In this document: positions 1 to 12,990 of the stretch, in pieces | Layout of the letters: the number at the start of each line of letters is the position of its first letter | How positions within the stretch are numbered: position 1 is the stretch's first letter | Position numbers and translations under genes: made by a program | Notes under the pieces: model-generated | The model's database searches: none | What the model was told of the DNA's origin: nothing | The model's input: the letters and a program-made list of their open reading frames with translations, nothing else | Assembly (NCBI RefSeq): GCF_006345805.1 | Contig: NC_042997.1 | Location: 114,266,001-114,330,000, forward strand | DNA from: Octopus sinensis | Lineage: Eukaryota | Length of the DNA: 64,000 nt | Direction of reading: 5' to 3'

Positions 1-2029
1 GTTCTTCCTTGATTTTTTTGCAGTTGTTCTATTATGAATTTTACAGGCAAGCTGAGTTACTCCCTTCAGGAATAATTCCCAAAATAAATCAGCAAAAATC
101 AGTAACACATTGTATCAATTTTAATAGCAAATGTCACAGAATATAAATGGAATGATAGAAGCAAAGGATTACAGCTTTCTCCTTTCGATTAGGAAGTTCG
201 TTACTTCCTTTGAAGCAAACATAAGCAAGAATGGTTTGGGGTTTTACAGGGATATTAAGAGATAAATCTTAGACACCTTCATTTATTAGAAGTAGATTAC
301 TGGTATACAAGAGTTCCAAAGGATAGCCCTTCTAAGCTGGAGAGAAAATAGGGGTATCAGGATGGAATTTTGAGGGATGCCAACCTGCAAACAATATTCC
401 TTGCAGAACTTGTTACTCCCAACTTTCTGACGGCATTTCTGTACATAGTTTGCAAGGTTCTTGAGAGTCATTCATTAACTCATAATCTATTTAGTGACCA
501 CTAGAACATGGTGATCACTAACAACATGGTACCCTGTCAAAGGCCATCTTGGTCAATGAATGCTAGTTATAGGGGTTTGGTTTTAGTTTGACACTTTGAC
601 TTGCACCAGTTTAACCAGGCCATGGTATCAAATCTCACTGTCCTCAGAGGGCCTGTGAAGGTAGCAAGTACTTCTCCTTCTAGTAATATGTATATGTATA
701 TCATCATCATTTAATGTCCACTTTTCCATGCTTGCATGGGTTAGATGGAATTTGTTGAGGCAGATTTTCCCTACGTAAGCTAGAGACAAACTTAGAGAAG
801 TGAGAAAAATCGACACTTTCAGAGGGCTGAGAGAAAGAATGAGCATCTATGGAACATGATTATCGTTTACAGTAGCTGTTGGTAGTTATTAGAGTATAAT
901 AATGGTAGTGATAGTAAGTTATGGTACTGGCGCTCTTGGTAACTATAATGGTGTTTATGATAATTCTTTGGCTGCCAGCAGCTGTTACTGACTGTCTTCC
1001 AACTATATTTATACTATTTCAAGTACCACGTACAGTCGGTATTTCCTATTTGCTGGTTGGTTTCACTGTAAAAGATGGTCCTGTTCTGTCTGTGAGTCAA
1101 ATAAGATTTTTATATCTTTCTAATTAATTTACTTGGGTTGTTCTTTTATTATTTTAACATGGTAAATATCAATACCATGAAAAACTATACTTTATCAACA
1201 GCAGATGTATTTGGCAACTCAATACTTGAACTTAATGCTGTCTTTTTTTTTTGTTTTTTGTCTGTCTGTTTGTCTTGATCATTTTCACATATCTTTATGT
1301 AATATACTTGCAGACACCTAAAAGGGAATGTAAGCAATTTCCTATAAAGATATAGAAATAAAACACTAATTTTTACCTTTTATTTTGTGTGTGTGCGCAT
1401 GCATTTTTTTTTTACATGAATGTTAGAAATTATACGTAAGTACATATTGCTATCATCATCACCACCACCACCATCACTATGATACTCATCATCATTAACC
1501 ACTGAGTAAAAGCCATACTAAAAACTAGACAAGAATTCAAACATGGAATCCCATAAAAAAATGTTACTCTTTGCTGCACACTTTTCCAAGATTGTGAAAT
1601 ACCTAAGGGTAGAGATGGGTGAGTGGGTGGCAATATTCTCTCTCTCTCTCTCTCTCTCTCACACATCACCCAATAAATTTTTCTCAATGAATGATTCCTA
1701 CTTTCAGCAAAGGTGTGAACTAACTTTTGCTACCTAAAGACTAACCCAATTCTATTTTTGTTTTTCCCCATTCCCCACTTCATTAACGAAATACTTAAGA
1801 TAACATTTAAGAAAAAGAAACATATGAAGCAAGTGTTTGAACAATTCTTCTTTTCTAGAAACTATATGTTGCTCTATAGAACAGCAGATTTTATAACATC
1901 TTTGCCTTAATCAAAACTCATTCATGAGAACATTTTACTTTTTTATTTTTTTTTTATTTTTATTTACTTGCTGGTTCTGGGAGAAACGGCAATGTCCATG
2001 GCCCTCACAGGCCTTTTTAGAACAGTGAG

Positions 2030-2290
2030 ATTCATGCTATTAATGTCCATCTTTAATCTTTGAAAGTTCAACACGTTCTCGAAAGGCATAAAGAAGGAGG
2101 AAGTTCCAGAATAGCAACATTCTGGGAGGGAAGGACTGGGTATCGGGATTAGTGCAGGACTTTTGTGAGGTTGGATGCAGAGACATAAGGGTGATGAGCA
2201 AGGAAGAGACAAGTAGATCTGGATTGCTTGAGTCGGGTGGTATGAGTCTAACTTTATTCATTGCATCACATGCTGACAATATTGTCATCA
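2030..2290 (-). mobile_element. Decayed LINE 3' end (CR1/L2/Jockey-group)
   Basis: HPY...QSFPPRMLLFWNFL...NFQRLKMDIN resembles the SFFPRT..LWNSLP...FK..IN ORF2 C-terminus. Confidence 0.55.
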
Positions 2291-2639
2291 AAGTTACACA
2301 GAATAATCCAGGATAATGCTACATGAATTTGTGTATTCATAATCCAGATATTTAGTTACTTACCAAACAAATCCATTGCTAGATTCTGTCAAAATAATAA
2401 TAGTGAACATCTCAAGTTGTTGACTATTAATTCTGTTGAAATATTCTACCTTCGCCTCAGCAGATATTGAAAAATAATGTCTCCTGGGGCTAAATTACAT
2501 TCGTCCTAAACCAGGACTGCCATGTTATGTTAGCAAACAATCTTTACTCCAAAGTACTGTTGCTGAATATCTCTTGTTGTGAGTGTAATAATATAATTAA
2601 TAATAATAATTATCATTATTATTATTTCAAATGTTTTTC

Positions 2640-3085
2640 CACTAGGGTAGCTTGGTGGAGGTGGGGATGAGTTGATTACATCGACCCCAGTGTTCAACTG
2701 GTACTTATTTTATCGACCCTGAAAGGTAAAGTTGACCTCAGCAGAATTTTTTGAACACAGAATGTGGCGATGGGCGAAATACTGCTAAGCATTTTGTCCA
2801 GCGCATTAACGATTCTGCCAGCTCACCACCTTAATAATGATAATGATAATAATGGTAATAATAATAATAAGGATAATAATAATAATAATAATATCGGTTT
2901 CAAATTTTGGCACAAGTCCAGCAGTTTTGGGGAAGGGGCTTAGTCAATTACATCAACACCACTGCTAGTACTTATTTATCGGCCCCAAAGTTGACCTTGG
3001 TGGCATTTGAACCCAGAACATTGATGGATGAAATGCCACTAAGCATTTTGCCCAACGTGGTAATGATCCTGCCAGCTCTCTGCCT
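2640..3085 (-). mobile_element. Two tandem decayed SINE family A copies separated by (TAA)n
   Basis: Each carries tcgacccc...gttgacct...gaactc...ctgccagctc. Ends approximate. Confidence 0.75.
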
Positions 3086-3687
3086 TGATCTTTAATAATA
3101 ACATTCTTAGTACCCTGTACTTATTGGTTTTCTATAATCTTTAAGGATATTTTTCTTGGGCTCTGAGAATTTGCTGGTCCTTAAATAGTTATTGACACTG
3201 CTTTAATGTGCCTGATATGTCAAAATATTCAGGTACACTATCAATTTTTGATATCCTTGGGTCCAAATCTGGTCCGGTGTTGAGGGGCATGCACTGTTGC
3301 AGTATGTTGCTGCATTCATCATTTGTTGGTCTGTTCCTGAGTCCCATCCCCAGTCAGTCCCCTTCTCTATGAGATATCTCTTCATCTGCTGTGACCATGT
3401 GGCATGTGGTCAACAAAGAGGGGAAGAAGCAGAAAGTTCCAGACCCATGCTAGGTTATACAGTTCTATATTTAAGAGTTGAGGAATTATGTACATTATTT
3501 ACATTATTTACATTTGACAGGTACTGACCTGAATAATGATAATAATAATTATAATAATAATAATGATATTAACATTGAAAAATACCTTAGGAATGAGAAC
3601 CCAGGTTTGAAATTTCCCCAAGACACATCATGAAGGCTGGAGGGTATATCAGCTGAAATGTTGTGTTAACAAGATGAGGACAAATAT

Positions 3688-4150
3688 CCATCATCATCAT
3701 CATCGTTTAACGTCTGTTTTCCATGCTAGCATAGGTTGGATGGTTTGACTGGGGTCTGGGAAGCCAGAAGGCTGCGCCAGGCTCCAGTCTGATCTGGCAG
3801 TGTTCCTACAGCTAGATGCCCTTCCTAACGCCAACCACTCCGTGAGTGTAGTGGGTGCTTTTTATGTACCACTGGCACAGGGGCCAGGGGAGGGTGGCAA
3901 TGACCACGATCGGTTGGTGCTTTTTTACGTGCCACCGGCACAGAAGCCAATCAAGGCAGCACTGGCATCAGCCACATTTGGATGGTGCTTTTTACGTGCC
4001 ACCGGCACAGGTATCACAACTACAATTTCCATTTGATTTTTATTTTGATGTTGATGTACTTGACTCAATAGATCTCCTCAAGCACAGCAGGTCGTCCTAC
4101 GATCCAAGGTAAGCACAACAGGCCATCCTGCGATCCAAGGTCCATCAAAT
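3688..4150 (-). mobile_element. RTE-tail element (RTE 3' UTR/SINE) with (ATG)n tail
   Basis: catcatcatcgtttaacgtc...gatgcccttcctaacgccaaccac plus tandem ggtgctttttacgtgccaccggcac subrepeats. Same family at 6676-7040, 11147-11397, 17858-18120, 19324-19610, 20248-21001, 47820-48035 and 59875-60260. Confidence 0.85.
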
Positions 4151-4960
4151 GTAAATAATGTACCATGCTAGGTTAGTTATCTCTTTTGTTGGATTGACAG
4201 AATGCATGTAATTATAATTAAAGGTAAATTCCTAGATGTTTGCTGTCATGTTATTAATAACTTTTTCTCTTCTAAACCTTCATGACACACCTTTGTTTAT
4301 TCACTAGAAACAACCCTTCAACTACAATAATATGAAGGCACAAACATTTAAAAAAAAATCTAACGCAATGTGCTAATCTCATAACCACTGGGCCCCCAGT
4401 GGACCCTCTCTTGAAATGTAACTGTGAAGGGTATATATTTACCTTTTCCTCTTTCACACTGGGACACTATACTCCCCACAATGAAAGTAAAGTTATCTCT
4501 TAACTTGCTCCTCATAGAAGAAGAAAGTCTTTAGGGGGCAAGCGTTGGTGTTAGTTTTAAAAATTTGCGTCTTTATATTATTATAGTTAGATGTAAGGAA
4601 AGCTTCTTCACCCTTCCAGTGTGTTACTAGTGAATAAACAAATGTCTCATAAAGGGTTGGTTATGAAAAAGTTATCAATAATGGTTGAGGGAAATTTAAG
4701 TGTTCTCACAGAATCAGGTTGGGAGGTGCCAGATAATCAGAAATGTATTTGTGTAATCTTCTCTCTTCTTGTGTTTGTGGTTTTAATTCCTGTTTCTTCA
4801 TTGTCCTCTATTTTATCCTGATATGGACTTCAAGCTTGAAGTTTTGTTAAGAGTTACGATAAACTTGCAAAAAAAAATTAAGGCAAACATAAATTGTGTT
4901 TTTTCTCTTGTCTTTCATACAAAGATAATCACGAGTCCTTTCTCTTTGTTTCTTCTCATT

Positions 4961-4992
<32 letters not shown>

Positions 4993-5665
4993 TTTATTCT
5001 GAAATAAGATGCTTGTCTATTCATTATTGTAATGTACTTGTTTTATAAAACATTCTTTTAAATAGTAGACATCAATCACAAACATCTCTTGTTTGCACCA
5101 TTTTTGGTGTAATTGTTTTTCTTTTTCTCATCTACTGCTCTGACATTAAAATACAATTTTATGCCTGAAGCTAATCAATTAATTACACACAAAAAAACAG
5201 CAGCAGCAGCAAGAGCAGCAATAAGAACAGAGACAATCCACTTTCACAATTGTTAATGATTACTTGCGATATTAGCTTAGTGACAGTTATTTTGGAGTTA
5301 ACAATTCTAAGTGTTTATACACTGGGACAATAAAATTGTCACTGAAGACTCTGTGTGAGTGTGTGTATGGGGTGGGGCGTGGAACATGGTTTTTATCCAG
5401 CGAAACAAGACTGTGATATTTAGGTTAGCTTAAACAAATATTTGAGGAAGAAAAAAGCCCATTTCAGTCAGTGGATTGACAGAAATGGTATAGTGCTGTG
5501 TAAAATGGTTTTGTATGTGTATTTACATTATTCTGTTTTTTTTTTCTTCCATACTTGCACAGGTTGGATGCAACATAGAATGTTTCTCGGGTTACCCTCC
5601 CCTTTTCAATTCCTTTCTGGGGTTCAATATTCTGATATCAGTGTCTGCTACTTCTCCTTATATCT

Positions 5666-5894
5666 ATTTCTTTACTACCCACAAGGGGCTAAACACAGAG
5701 GGGACAAACAAGGACAGACAAAAGGATTAAGTTGATTACATTGACCCCCAGTATACAATTGGTACTTAATTTATCGACCCTGAAAGGATGAAAGGCAAAG
5801 TCGACCTCGGCGGAATTTGAACTCAGAACGTAGCGGCAGACAAAATGCCGCTAAGCATTTCGCCCGGATTGCTAACGTTTCTGCCAGCTCGCCG
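5666..5894 (-). mobile_element. SINE family A copy
   Basis: Reverse complement of the 21601 element, flanked by ccttatatct direct repeats. Confidence 0.88.
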
Positions 5895-7251
5895 CCTTAT
5901 ATCTTGTGATCTTCCTCTCCCACAGGTTCATTTCCTCTTGGATTGTTCAGTTCTTCACGAACCATCATTCTTCATATGCGTCATGTATCCAAACCAGTAT
6001 GGCACCCATCTTGCATACTACAGCAGACTCCTCTTGCACTCATCCTACCCCCTCAGCTCACGTGTACTCCATAACTCATGCGTGTTAACACTGCATACTC
6101 AGTGGACCATGACCAACTCATTTTCTATCCAATCTTCACACATTCTTAGCCTTTAACCCTTTTGATACCAAACTGCCCGAGACTGCTCTTGGTTCTATGA
6201 TACATATTACTGTTTAAAGCAGTGGTTCCCAAAGTGGCCAGTATTGCCCCCCCCCCCGGCAGTGGAAAGTTCCAAGGGAGCCTTGAAGAAAAGTGGGTTG
6301 ATAATGGGGAAGTGATTCATGTAAAAGTAACAAAATAATGGGTTAATGGCCATGTTTACTACCATGCCACACAGCCATCACACAACCATTATACTATCTG
6401 CCCTTAACTAGAATTATCTTTGTTATCAACAAAGGTGGATAGCTCCCTTAAACTTATCCCACCCCATTATTATCCAGTTTACTTAGCTTTTTGCAACACC
6501 TCCGCTCTATTTTGTGAGACTTCAGAACATTCAGAATGGACGGTCCTTATGACCAGTGACTCCTGTGTCTCTGCTACATGCACAGCCCTTCTGTCAACCT
6601 GCCTGTTGTTCCACTACACCCCTGGAAAACGTATACGTTTACCTTGGCTGCACAGTACAGAGTTTTTCGCTCCTCCTCATCATCATCGTTTAACATCCAT
6701 TTTCCATGCTGGCATGGGTTGGACGGTTTGACTGGGGACTGGCAAGCCAGGAGACTGCTCCAATCTAATCTGGCAATGTTTCTACAGCTGGATGCCCTTC
6801 CCAATGTCAACCACTCTGAGAATGTAGTGGGTGCTCTTTATGTGCCACTCAGGAGCCACTCAGGCACACTGGCATCGGCCATGTTCAGATGGTGCTTTTT
6901 ATGTGCTACTGGCACAGCAGCCAGTTGGGGTGGTGGGGGCTGGCATTGACCACGTTTGCATGGTGTTTTTTACATGCCACCACCAGCACTGGGAACCAGT
7001 TAGGTGGCACTGGTAACAACCCATGCATGAATGGTGTTCCTTTCCGTATATTCAGTATGACCACTTCCCGTATGGCAGTAGAGTTTTCTCTTTATTCTTG
7101 CTTTCTGTCCCTTGTGTTTGTTAGATTTACTTTACAGACTTTGAATTCTAGGATCTGCTTCCATGTTTGGAAAATTTTCTGTCTTTTACAGAATCACCTA
7201 GGAGAACTATGTCATGAGCATACAGAAGTTCCCATGAGCAACTTCTCTTGA

Positions 7252-7654
7252 CCCTTTAGTATTTAAACTAGCCAGATCCAGCCTCTCATACCTATCCTAT
7301 GATGCCATTCTAGAAATAAACCATCACATCTTTAACCCTTTCATTACTGTATTTATTTTGGGATGCTCTGTGTTTCTTTCAATTTCTTTAAATATAACAA
7401 AGAATTTAGTAAAATAATTTAGTTATCATTCAGCTAATGTTAGGAACATAAATTGTGACTAAGGTTTGGTGGAAGATTTTAATTCAAAACTTATGGAAAC
7501 AAAACATTTGTACTCAGAGCCAGAGCCGGTTTCAGCTGGGTTGGTAACGAAAGGGTTAAAATCTCAAAGCTATGAGATAATGCCTGATTAATTCAAAACA
7601 ATGTGGATAATCTGTGAGCATTAGATTTGACATGGTAATCTGAGTGCTAAAGGG
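7252..7654. mobile_element. piggyBac-like MITE (family P1) containing a nested MITE
   Basis: ccctttag...ctaaaggg termini in TTAA-like sites. The flanks are collinear with the uninterrupted copy at 30974-31191. Confidence 0.72.
7336..7555. mobile_element. piggyBac-like MITE (family P2)
   Basis: TTAA|ccctttcattac...gtaacgaaaggg|TTAA. Confidence 0.82.
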
Positions 7655-8334
7655 TTAGACTTCTTCGTTTATGTCCTAGAGAATTAGAATGAACAGGAGG
7701 AAACTGGAAACTGGACCCTGGCAGAGGTCCACCTGCATTGCACATTAAATTCCTTGCTGACCTTGTGGAAAAATCTCACCCTGCTGACAGCATCCCTAAA
7801 CAGAGTTTATCTGGTTCTCGAAAATAAAATCAAAAACAGTCATCTACATTCGGGGTTTCTTAGCAGCCACCTGTGTGTGTGTGTGTGTGAATTAATGAAT
7901 GAGACAGCTAGAGCTAGAAAGAGAGGGTTGTTGCTCAAATAACGAGCTTTCAGAAGACATATTAGCAATTTATATTTTGAAGCCTTTCTCAACTCCGCAG
8001 TCTTCCAACACATTTCTCATTCTTTCAATAAAGGACCCTGCTTTAAATGTCAACACACACACACATTGTGGTTGGTTTTATATTTGAGGTTATGCGATGC
8101 GAGTGTGGTTGTTTCGTTGAAATATTCATCCCACTCCCGTGTAAGTTATCTTCAATGAATGTTAAAGCATTTAATATTGGGGGAAAGTTGCTTCCATTTT
8201 GAATTTCTTGCCAAAATTTTTATTGAGAGCAGCAGTGAATAAATTCCATCTGTCCTATCTCCCTCATACCTCTCTCTCTTTTTCTCTCTAACTGGAATAG
8301 CTTATGTATATGTGTGTGTGTGTGTGTGTGTGTA

Positions 8335-8365
<31 letters not shown>

Positions 8366-8400
8366 GTGTGTATATGTATGTATGTATATGTATATATATA

Positions 8401-8440
<40 letters not shown>

Positions 8441-8637
8441 TTACACTTGTATATCTGTACACACACACACACATGCTTCTGAGATCCTCATATGTGTTAG
8501 TAACTAAAGCTATCTTTTTATTAGAATGTATTTTAGTCAGTTGCAATTGTTAATCCGTTGCTATCCTTCTCAGCTGTATACGTTTCCTAGTCTCTTCATC
8601 TTTAATGGGAATATCCATACAACAAATCTATTCAGAA

Positions 8638-9021
8638 CTAGCAGTATCGCCCGGCGTTGCTCAGGTTTGTAAGGGAAATAACTATAAAGCATTTTTAGAG
8701 AGTTATAGCCAAAAAATAGCAAAAAAATGGAAAAAAAATGATGGTAAATTTTTTTGAGAGTTAAAAAAGGTGGAGTTGCGTCCCCTAGACGGTCTGTGGT
8801 TTGGGTTTCTGATTCTCGACCCCATGTCGAATTTATCGATTTTTTTCAGAACTGGGGGAACTTTTCAAAATTTTCGCTGCGTTAGTTTTGAATTATGACA
8901 TTGGGCTATGTGTGTGTCAAGTTTCATCAGAATCGGTTGAAAGCCGTGGTCAGGGTGAGGGTACAAGCAAACAGACACACAGAAACACGCACAGACAAAC
9001 TGCCGTTTATATAGAGAGAGA
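8638..9021 (-). mobile_element. Non-autonomous Helitron
   Basis: The minus strand reads A|TC(TCTCTATATAAAC)...hairpin cctgagcaacgccgggc...CTAG|T, i.e. TC/CTAG termini, a subterminal hairpin and AT insertion without TSD. Confidence 0.8.
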
Positions 9022-9094
9022 TTTACACTTTGAAGATGGTCGTTTTGGAATACAAAGGAAAGTATACTTAACTAATTTTCAGACTTTATTATTT

Positions 9095-9512
9095 TGCTTG
9101 TTTCAGTCATTAGACTGCGGTCATGCTGGGGCACCACCTTGAAAAATGTTATTCAAAAGATTTTTTTTTTTTCCTAAGCTTGTTGCTTATTCTGTTGGTC
9201 TCTTTTGAAGAACTACCGTTGCTTATTCTGTTGGTCTCTTTTGAAGAACTACCGTTGCTTATTCTGTTGGTCTCTTTTGAAGAACTACCGAGTTATCGTG
9301 GAGATAAACACACCAACACTGGTTCAAGCAATGCTGGGACACACACAGACACACAATATGGGTTTCTTTCTGTTTCTGTCTACCAAATACACTCACATGG
9401 CTTTGGTCAGCCTGAGGCTATAGTAGAAGACACTTGCCAAAGGTGCTATGCTGTAGGACTGAACCCGAAACCATGTTGTTGGAAAGCAAATTTCTTACCA
9501 TGCAGCCACTCT
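9095..9512 (-). mobile_element. SINE family B copy with an internal 36-bp triplication
   Basis: Reverse complement of family B. Confidence 0.82.
9183..9290 (+). repeat. 36-bp tandem repeat x3
   Basis: ttgcttattctgttggtctcttttgaagaactaccg repeated three times exactly. Confidence 0.95.
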
Positions 9513-10089
9513 GCTGAAATATGTGTCTGTTTTATTGATAAACAAAAGCTGAAAAACATCTTCCTTAAGTAAATCTATGTTTGTGAATTGAGTTTTGATT
9601 TCTGTGTTAAAATTTGAGATCTTTGTGAGTGGGGGAAAAGAAAGTGTAACAACCATTAAACCTCAGATATTGTGTCTGTAGACTTTGCAAAACAAACTTT
9701 CTGCAATAGAGAATATGTGGATAAATTCTCTATGAAAGGAAGCTGTAGATGTTATGTTACATAATAATCATAGAATTAATACAGGTTTTAATAATAAAAC
9801 TGAATTCACAAAGGTCTGTTTTGTATGGGAAAGAATATAAGGAGTTGAATCAACCCTTAATATTTTATTTATTGGTCTGGAGTGGACAAAAGGCAAGTTT
9901 GACTGTGGCAAGGTTTTTAAATAGTTTTTGGAATATTAAAAACCATTGATTAGATGTTTCTGCTGACTGTTATTGCTCCCATTATCCTAATCATTATATT
10001 ATTGTAAAAAAACTGTTAGTGAGCTTCAGTGATTGCAATAATGGAAGCGATTTTATTGATGTTCTTTTCATTTTGAAAAAGTTTCAACA

Positions 10090-10352
10090 AGCATGGCTGT
10101 GTGGTCAGTTTGCTTCCCAACTACATGGTTCTAGGTTCAGTCCCACCACATGGTACTTTGGGCAAGTATTTTCTACTATAGCCTCAGGCTAACCAAAGCC
10201 ATGTGAGTGGATTTGGTAGATGGAAACTGAAAGAAGCTCATTGTGCGTATGTCTTTGTCTCTGTCCCCCACTACTACCTGACAACTGGTATTGGTATGTT
10301 TATGTCCCCGTAACTTAGCGGTTCAACAAAACAGACTGATAGGATAAGTACC
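10090..10352 (+). mobile_element. SINE family B copy (3'-truncated)
   Basis: atggctgtgtggt...ggttcagtccc...gggcaagt...ggatttggtagatggaaactgaaagaagc. Confidence 0.8.
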
Positions 10353-11057
10353 ACTCCCAGAAAACAGTAAAACATCAGCTACATGAAGATACCTTTACCA
10401 CCTGCCATGGTGGGTTGGAGTCCTGCCACACCCTCTATAACATTCAGATCATCATCATCACTTTACTTTGCATGCTGGTATGGGTATAATAGATTGCAAT
10501 GGCCCAAGATGGGTTGGGAGAACCATGTCTTGCTCATGTTTTATTTTGATATTTTGATAGCTAGATGCCCTTACTCACACCAATCACTTTACAGATTGAA
10601 CTGTAAACATTCTCTTGTACCAACCCCAGAAGGGGTTGTTATCTCAAACAGACAGAACTTAAAAGCCCCCTTTCAACCTTATGTTGTCTCTGCTTGTTTG
10701 CTAATCTCTTTGGAGACTAAATTGGGTGCGTTTTTATTACTTATTGTTACTGCAGCACTAGTAAGGTCATCATGTACCCTTCAATACAAAAGAGGGTCCT
10801 CATCTCTTGTCACATTGTCTCCAGTAGAGACAATATGACCAACAGTATTGGGTAGAGCAGATGGTTACCATAGATGAGTGGTTCTCAACCAGAGTCCACA
10901 GGATTTCGTTAAAATTTGGGCAATAAACTGGTTATATACTTCTATGATGCACAAAATATTTTAACTATTTTTTTTTATACAGTTCCTAATAATATTTATT
11001 TAATTATAAAAATATTATAGGATTTATTAAGCATTGAATGGCTATGAGGGTCTAGTA

Positions 11058-11591
11058 CAGTGGCTCCCAGCCTTTTCATTACCAAGAACCCCTTTTAATT
11101 AAATAAGTTTTCCCACGGACCCCTTTTAATATGCTTATCCTTATGTATCATCATCATCATCATCGTTTAACGTCCGCTTTCCATGCTGGCGTGGGTTGGA
11201 TGGTTTGACTGGGGACTGGCAAGCCAGATGGCTGCACCAGGCTCCAATCTGATCTGGCAGAGTTTCTTCAGCTGGATGCCCTTCCTAACACCAACCACTT
11301 CAAGAGTGTAGTGGGTGCTTTTATGTGCCACCAGCACGAGGGCCAGTCAGGTGGTATTGGCAACGGCCATGCTCAAATGGTGTTTTTTACGTGCCATTAA
11401 TATGATTTTTTCCATTTTTTTTTGTTTTCTTTTTCCTCAATAGATACTAAGTCTACTCTTGTTACCATTTAGAGCAGCAAATTATGATGAATGGAAGCAA
11501 AAGCTTCTGAGAGGATACAAAAAAAAAAAATTTGAATTTAGTTCACAGACCCCCAGTACTACCTTTGTGGACCACAGGTTGGGAACCACTG
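11058..11591. mobile_element. hAT/Charlie-like MITE with an RTE-tail insertion
   Basis: Termini cagtggctcccagcct / aggttgggaaccactg with gtctagta / gtcttagt flanks resembling NTCTAGAN. Confidence 0.55.
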
Positions 11592-12357
11592 GTCTTAGTG
11601 GATGAAAATAGGAACAAAAGGGGTCGATAGACAAAAAATAAACAAATACCATTGAGAACTGTTGCTGTAAAAGATGAACCAAGATGGGAAGGTAGAAAGA
11701 AAAAGAAGGCAGAGTATAGTCTGGGAGCAGCCGGCTGATCAGGTGACAGTGTGGAGGGATGGAGGGAGTGAGAAATAGGAGAGGGGACAGTGCTAGAAGT
11801 GGTAAAGAGGGGCTGTAGCAATAGGGAGAGCAGAAATGGCAGGGGTTTTAATGACTGACAGTGCAATGACTATCTGAAATTCAAACATCTCTGTTGCACT
11901 TGTTTATTTCTTTGCAGTTTCTCTACGTTTGATCTAAATAGCTTCTCAACAGTTTATGTATTAACATAAATTGTTGATATTTCTCCTTGAAAGCTTTTGA
12001 GGCTGTTATCTAAGACTGTTTATTTTAGCAAGTGTCTAAACGATTTTTTACAGATGAGGATTTTTCCTATTCACATGTTCATAAAATATAGCAGACACAT
12101 GTGGTATACTGTTCTGTATAGAATTTGCCACATTTATTTTGTTTAATGGTTTTTATAATCTAATCTGACCTCAGTACATTTATTAGAGACTTTTATTGCT
12201 TCCAGCTAACCTGCCAGATTTCAATTACTGATTAGCAGGAAATGGAACAGGTGTGATCAAAGATAATTTTCAGATTCGTTGTTGTTGTTGTTCTTGCTGC
12301 TGCCAACTGAACAGTCACCACTTGTTTAGATTTCTTCCTTTCTCTCTCTTCTTTCTA

Positions 12358-12421
12358 CACGCACGCACGCACGCATGCACGCACGCATGCACGCACGCAC
12401 ACACGCACACACACACACACA

Positions 12422-12466
<45 letters not shown>

Positions 12467-12990
12467 CTAATTGTCTCTCTTTGTAATGTTTCTCTGTTTT
12501 CTATTTACTATCTCTCTCTCTAATCCTTTCCTCTTCTGCTAATCCTAACTCCCCCCTCTACTCCTCTCTCCCCCTTTCTCTCTCTACTTCTTTCTCCCTT
12601 TCACTCTACTCTTCTCTTCCTTTCTTTCTAATCCTCTCTAATCTCCCCTCTCTCTCTAATCCTCTCTCTCTAATCCTCTTTCTCTAATCCTCTTTCTCCA
12701 TTTTTCTCTAATCCTCTTTCTCTCTTTTTCTCTAATCTTCTTTCTCTCTTTTTCTCTAATCCTCTTTCTCTCTAATCTGCTTCCTCTCTCTTTCTCTAAT
12801 CCTCTCTCCCTAATCCTCTTTGTCTTTCTCTCCAGTCCTCTTTCTCTCTCTAATCCCCTTTCTCTAATCCTTCCTATTCTCTAATCCCTCCCCTCTCTAG
12901 TCTCCTCTCCCTCTTTCTCCAAACCCCCTCTAATCCTCTCACCCTCTCTCCTCTCTTCTTAATCTTTCCACTCCCCCATCTCTCTCATTT
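12358..12990 (+). repeat. Compound (GCAC)n(AC)n(TC)n microsatellite followed by a CTCTAATCCT-like pyrimidine tract
   Basis: Direct inspection. Confidence 0.9.

Noticed and set aside
3200-3420. Possible LINE C-terminal zinc-knuckle relic; also weak LINE-like relics at 286-471 and 17250-17530
   Set aside because: Similarity is too fragmentary to call without a search.
5337-5418. CTGAAGA...CGAAAC hammerhead-like pair
   Set aside because: No convincing stem II, and the cleavage triplet would be CUG, which is not NUH. At most a heavily decayed relic.
9123-9572. 149-aa ORF with repeats, and a CRISPR-like look of the 36-bp repeats
   Set aside because: The units are contiguous with no spacers and lie in a eukaryotic SINE.
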